DNA of 64,000 nt from Synechococcus sp. Its GTDB lineage: Bacteria; Cyanobacteriota; Cyanobacteriia; Thermostichales; PCC-7336. Numbering within the stretch: position 1 is the stretch's first letter; every line of letters begins with the position of its first letter. The notes beneath the pieces are model-generated. The model was not told the origin of the DNA. It did no database searches and saw only the letters and a program-made list of their open reading frames with translations. The position numbers and the translations under genes were made by a program. The stretch lies in the NCBI GenBank assembly GCA_051439425.1, contig JBFRWD010000103.1:1-64000 (forward strand). Reading direction: 5' to 3'. Below, piece after piece: positions 1 through 9,337 of this stretch.

Positions 1-333
1 AAAAGAACAGCGAAATTGAGATAGCGGGTGGTCTGCAGACAGTGAAATTGAACTGGACACAAACTCTGTAACCGAAATCTAATTGCTCAGCGTCAGGCTA
101 TCACGGATTTCCGGTGGACTCCATAGCCGACACAGATTTGAAGGCGATCGCGATCGGGAGATTTACAAGGTGTAAATGAATCCTTTTCGGTCGCTTGAAA
201 GGCACCAAAGCACTACCAGCAAACTCAAAGGAAGTACGCGAGATATGGCACCAGTGTCACAAACCACTCAAAATATTGAGTGGCCCCGACCATAGAGTCG
301 AGAGACTAAACCCTTACACAATGCTCTAAAAAG

Positions 334-405
334 AGCCCATGACCAGATTTGAACTGGTGACCTCCCCCTTACCAAGGGGGTGCTCTACCCCTGAGCCACA
401 TGGGC
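334..405 (-). tRNA. trnT: tRNA-Thr(GGT)
   Basis: Reverse complement GCCCATGTGGCTCAGGGGTAGAGCACCCCCTTGGTAAGGGGGAGGTCACCAGTTCAAATCTGGTCATGGGCT folds as a cloverleaf, anticodon GGT. Confidence 0.97.
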
Positions 406-417
406 AATGTTTGAAGG

Positions 418-499
418 TGGGCCGAGTTGGATTTGAACCAACGTAGGCATAGCCAGCGGATTTACAGTCCGCCCCCTTTAACCACTCGGGCATCGACCC
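418..499 (-). tRNA. trnY: tRNA-Tyr(GTA)
   Basis: GGGTCGATGCCCGAGTGGTTAAAGGGGGCGGACTGTAAATCCGCTGG...GGTTCAAATCCAACTCGGCCCA; long variable arm; Tyr-Thr tandem. Confidence 0.97.
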
Positions 500-688
500 A
501 CAATGTACGCGAACTAGCTTGCCCGGAGGCTCGCCGCATTTTGCGCTCATCTATAGTGCCATCTAGTGTTTGCGTTTGACAACATATTTTCTAAGCAATT
601 TCGGAAGCACGATTATTCCAGTTGGCGATCGAGGTCGTTCGAACTTGATGAGAGTCTCGATAAGAGTATTGTCAGTCTGAGTATTCAG

Positions 689-1366
689 TCAGTATCTAGA
701 GACTGCTGGATGGTCTCTCACGTACCAGCGCCAGGGAATGTCGACTCCCCGAGTTAAGCCAATCCGGGTAGTTTGAACGATATCGGTGGCAGGTATTGCC
801 GCACCAGGCCCGGATTCGATCCACAGTGCGTCTTTGCCTCCCAGGTGGTCTTCTTGCTGGCGGTCTTTTTGCTGGTGGTCTTGGCGGAGTGGCCAACCGT
901 CCTGCCGGCGATCGATGGATAGCGCTTTACACAATAGGCCTGGCCCAGCTGCTACACGATGGGATTGGCGGCGTTTCTTCTCTGGAATCCAGTACGGTAA
1001 GCGATCGAGCTCCACGGCTCGCACCAACACGGCGCTACCTATCCCCTCTGCATCCGTAACGATGTTGAGACAGTGGTACATGCCGTAGATCAAATAGACA
1101 TAGAGATGGCCGGCAGGGCCAAACATCGACTGATTGCGCCGGGTTTTGCGCTTGTAAGCATGGCAGGCAGGATCGCCGGGAGCATAGGCTTCGGTCTCCA
1201 CGATCGCACAGCGTAGGTGTTCTCCGTTGGCGAACTGCCGCACCAACACAGTTCCCAATAAATCTGGGGCAACGTCTGAAGATGGGCGGGCAAACCAGTC
1301 TTGGGGGAGGAGATGAGCGATCTGGATATTTCCTTTTGCTAAAGAATCGGCAAACACGTTAGACAT
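689..1366 (-). CDS. mpg: DNA-3-methyladenine glycosylase (Mpg/AAG family)
   Basis: [46 protein letters not shown] motifs. Confidence 0.93.
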   Translation of the reverse strand: MSNVFADSLAKGNIQIAHLLPQDWFARPSSDVAPDLLGTVLVRQFANGEHLRCAIVETEAYAPGDPACHAYKRKTRRNQSMFGPAGHLYVYLIYGMYHCLNIVTDAEGIGSAVLVRAVELDRLPYWIPEKKRRQSHRVAAGPGLLCKALSIDRRQDGWPLRQDHQQKDRQQEDHLGGKDALWIESGPGAAIPATDIVQTTRIGLTRGVDIPWRWYVRDHPAVSRY

Positions 1367-1445
1367 CTCGGCTAATGTAGTCGCGTATATTGATTCAGCC
1401 GTAGGAATTTACCCAGGCTGGCTGTCGTTGTAGGAGCGCATGCTC

Positions 1446-1568
1446 ATGGAATTCAAAGTCATTCTGCTGGGACTGACCGTTGCCATGTCTGTCTTAGCAT
1501 TGTTTTTCGGCACTCAAAACGGGTTCTACGACACCGATAAGTATCACGGTAACGGCTCCGCTCATTAG
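1446..1568 (+). CDS. ndhP: NDH-1L small subunit NdhP (40 aa; absent from the ORF track)
   Basis: MEFKVILLGLTVAMSVLALFFGTQNGFYDTDKYHGNGSAH*: single TM plus the FFGTxNGFYDxDxYHGNGSAH signature; AGGAG upstream. Confidence 0.93.
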   Translation: MEFKVILLGLTVAMSVLALFFGTQNGFYDTDKYHGNGSAH

Positions 1569-1732
1569 AGGGATTCGGTTGACTGGAGAGGGGCCAGGGG
1601 GTCGATCGGCATCGTCAATCCCATCTGCAACATTTGATTACAGTTCGTTGAGCCAAATCGGGTGGTTGAAAGAGGCGGTGATACGATGCCCTCAAACCTT
1701 TGACAAACTGTTAGCTACAAGCTGGAGATACG

Positions 1733-2149
1733 ATGACTGTTGCAGATGCAAAGACTCCTATTTTTGGTGGCAGCACGGGCGGCTTGCTTGGGGCAGCCGA
1801 ACGCGAAGAAAAATATTTGATTACCTGGACAGGGAAAGCCGGTCAGGTGTTTGAAATGCCCACCAGCGGCGCTGCCGTTATGGTAGAAGGCACCAACGCA
1901 CTCTATCTTCCCCGCAAAGAGACATGCTTGGCCCTCGGGGCCCAGCTACGTGACTACAAGATCAAGGACTATCAGATCTTCCGTGTCCTTCCTGGTGAAG
2001 AACCCGTTTTGGTTCACCCTAAAGATGGTGTCTTTCCCGAGAAGAGCAACGAAGGTCGCCCAACTGTTAACAAGGTTGACCGCAACATCGGCAGTAACCC
2101 CGAGCCTGCGACCCTCAAGTTCTCAGGTACTGCTCCCTACGAGGCCTAG
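1733..2149 (+). CDS. psaD: Photosystem I subunit II PsaD
   Basis: [41 protein letters not shown]. Confidence 0.98.
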   Translation: MTVADAKTPIFGGSTGGLLGAAEREEKYLITWTGKAGQVFEMPTSGAAVMVEGTNALYLPRKETCLALGAQLRDYKIKDYQIFRVLPGEEPVLVHPKDGVFPEKSNEGRPTVNKVDRNIGSNPEPATLKFSGTAPYEA

Positions 2150-2207
2150 GTATCTCGGTTAGCTGGGACAGCCCCATCTAGCTGCTCTCCAAGACTTAAG
2201 TGTTAAG

Positions 2208-2245
2208 AGTCCCTCCTGCAAACAAAGTGCAGGAGGGACTTTTTT
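2208..2245 (+). terminator. Intrinsic terminator after psaD
   Basis: AGTCCCTCCTGCA-loop-TGCAGGAGGGACT 13-bp stem followed by a T run. Confidence 0.85.
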
Positions 2246-2279
2246 GGGAATCAAGAGAGTGATTGGGCAAGATTTCAGG

Positions 2280-2882
2280 CTAAGCTGTGCCGCTGTTGGA
2301 ATCAGTCTCTGCAGACTCTGTAGTGACACCCTCCTGAGAGCTGGCTTCAGATGCTGTGGTGGCTTCAACTGGCTCGGGAGTGCTGTCCTCACTCACAGGT
2401 GTAGGGGCGGGAGCGGATGATTCGGTTGGTTGGGGAGCAACTGCTACTGGCTCGGGAGCTGGGGTTGCGGCAACAGGAACGGGCTCGGGGTCTGCGACTT
2501 TTTGTTCGAGAGGAGGCAATTCTAGTTCGGTACGCTCGGGCAGGCCGAGTTGAGTGCGAGCTTGAGAGAGCAGAGATGAAACAGCTCCTTGTCCGGCAGT
2601 TGCCAGTGCTTTACCGGTGTCGGACGCAATATCATTAACGCTCTTCGAGTTATCCAATCCGCCCACCAGTTGGCGGACATTGTGGACGGTTTTGCGGCTG
2701 AATAGTACAAGCGAATCCGAGCCCACTAACAGGAGCAGGATCAAATACCAGCCTAAGATGGCGGTCTCTTTGGCGATTTCAGCCGTAACTGAGATCGCGC
2801 CGATGTAAGTATTGCGGGTTTCCTCTTTGGAGACGACATTCCACAGTTTTTGCAATTGAGGTTGGATCTTGTTCTCAGGCAT
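2280..2882 (-). CDS. Hypothetical membrane protein with Pro/Ala/Glu-rich tail
   Basis: ORF with GGAGG RBS before MPENK, one hydrophobic helix, low-complexity C-terminus. Confidence 0.7.
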   Translation of the reverse strand: MPENKIQPQLQKLWNVVSKEETRNTYIGAISVTAEIAKETAILGWYLILLLLVGSDSLVLFSRKTVHNVRQLVGGLDNSKSVNDIASDTGKALATAGQGAVSSLLSQARTQLGLPERTELELPPLEQKVADPEPVPVAATPAPEPVAVAPQPTESSAPAPTPVSEDSTPEPVEATTASEASSQEGVTTESAETDSNSGTA

Positions 2883-3103
2883 TGGGGTGCCTCCACACAC
2901 GTATCGGTAACAAAACGGAGCAAGTCAAACGGCGAAATGCAAGCTGAGAGGGAACTTCTTGTTCGATCGCTCATCCAATTGAGTGTACGGGGTTTTGTTC
3001 GCGAGATGATGTCATCTGCTGTCTTACGTTTGAAAAAATCTGGAAGAATTTACCGGTGGGGACAACGGGGGGTGAGACAGACCCGCGGAAAGTTGACGTG
3101 AAA

Positions 3104-3964
3104 TTACGGTTGCTGGATGTGCTGGCAAAAGGCTTGAGCTTGCGCGACATCGTCGATCTCCAACGGATAATCCATGCGAGGTCGGGCAATCGCGATGAGC
3201 TGTACTTTCAGTTCTAGCGCCAGTTCTTGTTTGAGGGCAAAGGCACCGGCTGCACCGGCTTCTTTTGTCACGACTGTAGAAATGTCTAGCGATCTCCACA
3301 ATTGCCGCTCCCGTTCTGTTTGTTCCTCTGGGTGTTGCGCTTGTTCTTGACGTGTTGGCAGCCGCTGCTGGATAAGGCGATCGGGAGGAAAGCCTGCTGT
3401 GAGCGCCTGCTGTCTGGAAGATGTTCCGGGTAGGATTCTGGCCCACAGATGCGATCGCTGGTGCCAATCGGCAAATAGATGTAGCGTTTTCACTCCAGTG
3501 GTTAGAAACACGCGCTGGCGATCGAGATAGTGGGGCTGCAGCACCGCCTCGAAATTGGGGAGCAGCAATGTTTTGGGGTGTAGGGGGAGGCTGGGGCGTT
3601 CGTAGCGCAAGTAGGGGAGGTGGTGGGTTTGGGAGGCTTGGATGGCAAGTTGAGAGATTTGAGTGGCAAAGGGATGCGAGGCGTCGATAATAGCGCGGAT
3701 GGAGTGGGTGGAGAGGAAGCGATCGATCGTGCTTGGGGTGAGCCGCCCTGCTGACACCTGGCCAGGAAGGCTAGTGTACAGTTGGGCGGCAGAGGGCGTG
3801 GCGACCGTCACCCGCCAGGAATATCCCCAGTCCGTTAGGCACTGGGCCATCCGTTTGCTTTCACTGGTGCCACCAATCAGCCAAATAGTCACGGACGGGA
3901 ATCTAGGGTTAGGTGGGTGGATGCTGGATACGTAGGCAATTGGCTGCCAGTCGTTGAAACCCAA
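3104..3964 (-). CDS. cobK: Precorrin-6A/cobalt-precorrin-6A reductase (start may be GTG at 3892)
   Basis: IWLIGGTSES, IIDASHPFA, YLRYERP, VFLTTG, VVTKEAG, IARP. Confidence 0.92.
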   Translation of the reverse strand: MGFNDWQPIAYVSSIHPPNPRFPSVTIWLIGGTSESKRMAQCLTDWGYSWRVTVATPSAAQLYTSLPGQVSAGRLTPSTIDRFLSTHSIRAIIDASHPFATQISQLAIQASQTHHLPYLRYERPSLPLHPKTLLLPNFEAVLQPHYLDRQRVFLTTGVKTLHLFADWHQRSHLWARILPGTSSRQQALTAGFPPDRLIQQRLPTRQEQAQHPEEQTERERQLWRSLDISTVVTKEAGAAGAFALKQELALELKVQLIAIARPRMDYPLEIDDVAQAQAFCQHIQQP

Positions 3965-4133
3965 TGATGCAGTTCCATCGATCGCATTATCTGTAGAACC
4001 ATTTATCTGTAGCCATTGCGATGCCGATTGGTGTTGACAAGTGCGGGCCGAATGGGTATGGGCCGAATGGGATGCAGAGTGGATGTCTGTTTTGCAGTAA
4101 ATGGATGTAATAGTAGTGACTGCCTAGATATCC

Positions 4134-6251
4134 GTGGCATCTTCGGAGTACCGAACTGCTTTCGACAGCAGTTGTTGCTCTAACCCACTGTGTACTGCCT
4201 GTTTGGCATTGATGAGCCCCGTTCCTGCAATTGCCATGATTTCAAGCACTTCTTCCTCCAATCCTAGTACCGAACGAGTGTTGAAAGGACTCGCGAACTT
4301 GCAGTACAAGGAGGGACAACTAAGCCAGTACCTGCAAGCTTTGGCGAGCGAAATGCGTGCAGTTGTGAACGTAGACTGCGTGGCGATTTCCGAAGTGGTT
4401 GACGGTGTCACAGCAACTCTTGTGCAGGAGCCATTAGAGCCCGTTACAGAGAGACTTACCAGTGCTTTATGTGCTGGGGAGAGTGAGCTTGGCAAAGAAA
4501 ATGCGTCCGAGGGGTCACAATCGGCGGGATTTAGCTCCCATTGGGGCCTACCGCTGCAGTCGGTGAATGGAGCGATTGTGGGGGCGCTGGATGTATTCCT
4601 GACTGAAAAGCGCCCGTTTTCAGAGCGAGAACGACTGGTGCTGGAGGTGTTTGCCGAACGGGCAGTGGCGGCGATGGAGCGCGATCGTCTGCAAGCAAAC
4701 CTGTCTCATTTGGACGAAATTGCCAATAAGTTTCACGCGTTGTTCGAACATGCTAACGATGCGATTTTTGCCATCGATCCGAAGCGCGATCGGATCGTAG
4801 AGGTCAACCCGAAAGCTTGCCAGATGCTGGGCTATAGCCGTGAGGAATTGCTGGAATCTGTAGCAATTTCGGATGTACATCCCGATGAAATGCCGCAACT
4901 GATGGCATTCAGTCAGCGGGTAGCGGAGCGGGGACACGGTTGGACCGATCGCCTCACGTGCTTGACCAAGTCTGGCTCAAAAATTCCAGCTGAAATTTCA
5001 GCTGCTGTGGTGGAGCTGGGGGGAGACTCGTACATTTTGGCGTCGGTGCGAAACACTTACGAGCAGCGGCAGCGCATGCAATTAGCACGCTTAAGTTTGG
5101 CGGTGAGCGAGGCATTAGTGCGGGGCAATACGTTGGGTGAAGTGTTGCAGGATTGTGCGGAAGCGCTAGTAGAGCACTTAGATGGCTCTCTGGCCAGGCT
5201 GTGGGTCTTGCAGGAACAGAGCGAGCAGCTCGAACTGGTAGCCAGCGCGGGAATGGTGCAGTCAATCGAGAGCGAATATTGCTCGATTCCGTTGGGGAAG
5301 TGGAAGATTGGCGCGATCGCCCGAAGTCAACGGCCATTCCTTACTAACGAGTTGCTAGAGGATGAAGAGTTTACCGATCGCGACTGGGCAGAGCGGGAGG
5401 GGATTGTCGCGCTCGCAGGGTACCCACTGGTGGTGACGGGGCGACTGGTTGGGATGATGGCGCTGTTTAGTCGCGTTCCGCTGTCGGAGATGACGTTGCA
5501 GGCAATGGCGACGATTGCGAATGGCATTGCGATCGGCATCGATCGCAAGCAGACGCGGCAGAGGGCCATGCAGGCGCTGCGACGGTTGGCAGAGGTTGGA
5601 GAATTAGCGGCGACAATCGTACACGAGGTTCGCAATCCGCTGACGACGGTATTGATGGGGTTAATGTCGTTTAACGACATGGAATTATCGGAGCGGGCGC
5701 AGCGACGGCTGGCACTGGCACAGGAGGAAGCAGAGCGGCTACAGCGGCTGCTGAACGAAATTTTGATGTATGCCAAACCGCAGTCGGTGAAGAAAGACCG
5801 GTTGGAGCTGAATGGACTTATTGCAGAACTTTCCAGGTCGTTGCAAGAGATTCCGCAGGCGCAGGGACGGCAATTGGAGTGTTTGCCTCATGAAGTGGAT
5901 GTACCGTTGAATGGCGATCGTGACAAGTTGAAGCAGGTCTTTATCAATCTGGTGACAAATGCATTCGAAGCGGTGTCGGAAGGGGAGACGGTGCGGCTGA
6001 CGATTGCACCGGATACGCTGTCCACCGGGATTTGCGTGTCGATTTGCAATGGGGGAGATCTGATTCCAACAGATATTTTGTCCAAGTTGACGACACAACC
6101 GTTTTTGACAACAAAGGCGAATGGGAATGGGTTGGGGTTGGCGATCGTGAAGCGGATCGTTGAGGCTCATGCTGGGACGTTCACGATTGAGTCATCTGAA
6201 GAGCTGCAGGGTACGCGAGTGCGAGTGGTCTTTCCAATCGCGCATCAGTAG
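4134..6251 (+). CDS. GAF-PAS-GAF sensor histidine kinase (start uncertain)
   Basis: PAS (LFEHANDAIF...VNPKACQMLGYSREEL), GAFs, H-box IVHEVRNPLT, N-box QVFINLVTNA, G2 GNGLGL. Confidence 0.92.
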   Translation: MASSEYRTAFDSSCCSNPLCTACLALMSPVPAIAMISSTSSSNPSTERVLKGLANLQYKEGQLSQYLQALASEMRAVVNVDCVAISEVVDGVTATLVQEPLEPVTERLTSALCAGESELGKENASEGSQSAGFSSHWGLPLQSVNGAIVGALDVFLTEKRPFSERERLVLEVFAERAVAAMERDRLQANLSHLDEIANKFHALFEHANDAIFAIDPKRDRIVEVNPKACQMLGYSREELLESVAISDVHPDEMPQLMAFSQRVAERGHGWTDRLTCLTKSGSKIPAEISAAVVELGGDSYILASVRNTYEQRQRMQLARLSLAVSEALVRGNTLGEVLQDCAEALVEHLDGSLARLWVLQEQSEQLELVASAGMVQSIESEYCSIPLGKWKIGAIARSQRPFLTNELLEDEEFTDRDWAEREGIVALAGYPLVVTGRLVGMMALFSRVPLSEMTLQAMATIANGIAIGIDRKQTRQRAMQALRRLAEVGELAATIVHEVRNPLTTVLMGLMSFNDMELSERAQRRLALAQEEAERLQRLLNEILMYAKPQSVKKDRLELNGLIAELSRSLQEIPQAQGRQLECLPHEVDVPLNGDRDKLKQVFINLVTNAFEAVSEGETVRLTIAPDTLSTGICVSICNGGDLIPTDILSKLTTQPFLTTKANGNGLGLAIVKRIVEAHAGTFTIESSEELQGTRVRVVFPIAHQ

Positions 6252-6340
6252 CATTCGTATCCATATCAAGCATGGCTTTCGATTTTCTCATGGAAAGTTT
6301 TTTGAAAAAATACAGTGAGATAATACGCGAGAGAAGGTAT

Positions 6341-7864
6341 TCAATCTACCTGCAGTGATTTGATCTTACTGAGCGACTGTAAGGCGTAAGTTGAATAGAA
6401 ACTGAGCTTTAGGAAATTAACTACATACCCTTCCCAAACAAGGTTAGTATCGTCATCGTTCAACTGAAAAAGGTGGCCTGTCTCTCCGTGGGCAAGGGCA
6501 TTCCTGTCCTTGGCCGAGGCTGTTATCAATGACTGTAAATTCGAAAATATATCCCTGTCAATGTCTTTTGAATTATTAAGCCTTCTGTTGATGAACTTGA
6601 GAGCTGAAGGCATCTCTCCAAAAGTGATTTTTCGACTGAACCATCTGCCTTCTTCACCTTCCAAGAAACGGATTGCATCCTCCTCATCAATATTTAGCAT
6701 ATTTGACATTCTCCTAACCGTTGAGTGGAAACCAGTCCATTCCCTCATAAATGAACGTGGGATTTTTTTGTCTTTAGACATGACAGATGATATCTTTTCT
6801 CTTAGTTGACGCTCTAAGTCAACATATTCTTTCAGCAGGTACGATTCTATTTTTTTGTCTTTCTTCTCTACAACCCACTTATATATCACTCTAAGCTTGA
6901 AAACTTTACGTTGCCAACCATCAAAGCTGAAGCATGAAAATAAATCATAAAAATGGGGGGTTAGGCAGTCAATGAAAGCATCTATTTCCTTTTCTTCTTT
7001 ACTATCTTTCTCATATACAATAAAACCACAGTCATGAGATGAACACAGATTTCTTAGAGCGATCTTCCTTTGCGCGCCAGGATTACTGCTCCCAATTGCG
7101 ATCAAGTCACCTTCCTCAACTATTCTGCTTCGGGCAATGTAAGTTTTTATCTTGATTTCCTTGTCCTTAGCGTGTTCCGCGATGACGTCATCAAGACTCC
7201 CACAACTCTCTATAAAGCTACTCGAGTCTGCTTTGACAATGACTCCCTGATGCGTAGCAGTACTATAACTGTAGAATGACATTCTGTATGTGCCAGCCCA
7301 CTCACTATCCTGCCTTGGATTTAAATTGATCTTCTTACTAAGTTTTCTTTTTAGATCCTCAAAAAGAGTATTGCTTGAGGGAAATGGCTCCTCGGCAAAG
7401 ATCCAAAATTTATATAGATACTTGTCTTCTTCTTCGGAGAGATGATTCAGTATCAGACTATCATTCACATTGTTTCTGCCAGAAACTATGGAGTTCATTT
7501 CTTTTTCAGAAAGCAGACAGGGGGCTGTTTTTGGGATAGTCTGCTCTATCCGGTCCTGATACCAAGTATGTATATTATCAACTAGGATGATTCTCCTAGA
7601 GGTGATTTCCTTCATAGAAGAGATTCGTCCAGCTAACTGCCTAACTTCTTCATCACTGGCCCAGATTCGAATCAGTAAATCTAGATCTCCAAAGATTGAA
7701 TAGGCACAAACATTGTGTTTAACCTCTAGGTTGGGCAGTATATTATTTACAACTCGAGTCCCCTTCTCAATTGCATCGTACTTAAATTCCAATAATATAA
7801 AATATAGTCTCTTTCCACTGATGTAGTGCAAGATGGGATGAAATAGTTCTTTTGTTGTGTTCAT
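6341..7864 (-). CDS. Hypothetical protein: Lrp/AsnC-like ferredoxin-fold repeats plus C-terminal HEPN-like (RNALAH) domain
   Basis: 507-aa AT-rich ORF; AYSIFGDLDLLIRIWA resembles the AsnC ligand-binding strand motif; LERQLR...TFGEM...RNALAHG resembles HEPN. Confidence 0.6.
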   Translation of the reverse strand: MNTTKELFHPILHYISGKRLYFILLEFKYDAIEKGTRVVNNILPNLEVKHNVCAYSIFGDLDLLIRIWASDEEVRQLAGRISSMKEITSRRIILVDNIHTWYQDRIEQTIPKTAPCLLSEKEMNSIVSGRNNVNDSLILNHLSEEEDKYLYKFWIFAEEPFPSSNTLFEDLKRKLSKKINLNPRQDSEWAGTYRMSFYSYSTATHQGVIVKADSSSFIESCGSLDDVIAEHAKDKEIKIKTYIARSRIVEEGDLIAIGSSNPGAQRKIALRNLCSSHDCGFIVYEKDSKEEKEIDAFIDCLTPHFYDLFSCFSFDGWQRKVFKLRVIYKWVVEKKDKKIESYLLKEYVDLERQLREKISSVMSKDKKIPRSFMREWTGFHSTVRRMSNMLNIDEEDAIRFLEGEEGRWFSRKITFGEMPSALKFINRRLNNSKDIDRDIFSNLQSLITASAKDRNALAHGETGHLFQLNDDDTNLVWEGYVVNFLKLSFYSTYALQSLSKIKSLQVD

Positions 7865-7926
7865 TAAGTTACAGGTTCTTCAAAGTCAAAAATTACGGGC
7901 ATATTTATGCCCCACCTTTTTAATCG

Positions 7927-8919
7927 TCACACAAACATACTTTCAAGAGTGCTGAAAATGGTGTCGCCTTTATTCCAGAATTTTCTATAGCTGTGTCCAC
8001 CATCCATATAAATTCGATGCCTTTTGAGACTCTCAACACTAGAATTCACTTCATTAAAGTTTCTCAGCTTGTCCAGTAATAGATCGCTTTTTGCTGCGTT
8101 TTCTCTGAAACTAGCTAAGGATATCGAGAGCTTATCTAAAATTTCTTTTGCTGAAATTAAATTGTCGAACGAGGGATTTTTCTTTTCGGACAACCATCTT
8201 CGTTTTATTTCAATTATCTGACTACGCATCCTCTCTTCTAATTCACTTGGTAATTCAGAATCTGATTGAAATGTTTTCTCAAATGATTGAATGTACGATT
8301 CTGGAACTCCTATAGATGAACTCTCAGTATCCGCAGTAGACATTTCTATATCAATGATCTTAGAATGCGCGCCGTCAATAAGAGGACGAGACAAATCCGA
8401 TTTAAGCTCAATGAAGAATTTTCTTACGGTCTTTGTCAGATGCTTACGTAACTTATTCTGAAATTCGGCCAAACTGAGGTATTGTTCGCACAATCCCTTT
8501 GTATGTAAATCTTTTTTGAATTTTTCCAGTCGTATATATTGCTCTGTTTCCATATCATTTGGTGCGATGGGTTGCATCGAAAAATAGGTGAGTACCGGGC
8601 GTCCTTTGCTCATAAACTCTGCTATTTCTTCGACAGTGCCTGAAGGCTGTATTCCTGTTGGTGTACCTAATCTAGTCCAAAAAATTGCAATTAGTAAGTC
8701 GCATCCCGTAACAAGCTGTCTATTTATTATTGCTTGAGCTCTATCACCCATTTCAGGACTACTATCTCTATCCCATGTGACAGGCTGCAAAATTATCTTG
8801 GAACTCATCGAATGGACTGAGTTCCATTCATCAATCAACTCGCGGACAATATCTTTCTCATCATTGATATCTCCAGGCGAAGCAATAAATACTCGTACAA
8901 CTGTTGCTTCATATGTCAT
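7927..8919 (-). CDS. DUF4062 (TIR/nucleoside deoxyribosyltransferase-like) domain protein
   Basis: RVFIASPGD..E, Q.IIN.QL...CDLLIAIFWTRLGTPT...SGTVEE, PVLTYFS. Confidence 0.85.
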   Translation of the reverse strand: MTYEATVVRVFIASPGDINDEKDIVRELIDEWNSVHSMSSKIILQPVTWDRDSSPEMGDRAQAIINRQLVTGCDLLIAIFWTRLGTPTGIQPSGTVEEIAEFMSKGRPVLTYFSMQPIAPNDMETEQYIRLEKFKKDLHTKGLCEQYLSLAEFQNKLRKHLTKTVRKFFIELKSDLSRPLIDGAHSKIIDIEMSTADTESSSIGVPESYIQSFEKTFQSDSELPSELEERMRSQIIEIKRRWLSEKKNPSFDNLISAKEILDKLSISLASFRENAAKSDLLLDKLRNFNEVNSSVESLKRHRIYMDGGHSYRKFWNKGDTIFSTLESMFV

Positions 8920-9337
8920 AGATGAGTGACTCCAACTAATAAATTATCTTTAAATTGCTTGCAGCAATAACTCAAAAAACAGCTAGTGCTACTGAACAAT
9001 TTGCACGTACTAGAGCCGGTTAGGTTAGGGCCGCAAAAAACTTTGATACTACTTGAACGCTATATCTTAACGATTCCAAGAAAAACAAACATTAAAGTTT
9101 TGGGACGTTATCAAATAGCAGAGCACTTTTTTGATGCTTCGAGCACCTTATTCCCCCACACTGCATATGTCAAGTCATGATGAAGGCTTGACATATTTTT
9201 TTAAATATCGAAGCAAGAGAAAGTTACTAAACATTTTGGGCTCAATGCTTCAATCGCACACTTAATATAAGGTCTGGCATTTCCTATGGTTAACTACTGA
9301 AAGTAAGTCTGTTGAAAGAGAAAAAGAAGTTAAGCTT

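Larger units (their letters stand above)
6252..9337. other. AT-rich insert, probably horizontally acquired
   Basis: Visibly lower GC than flanks; no GCGATCGC seen by eye although it is frequent on both sides; no integrase or att site found. Confidence 0.7.

Noticed and set aside
1..60. Possible start of a minus-strand CDS at the window edge
   Set aside because: Only ~20 codons visible, no recognisable motif.
326..550. 74-aa ORF
   Set aside because: Overlaps tRNA-Tyr and tRNA-Thr.
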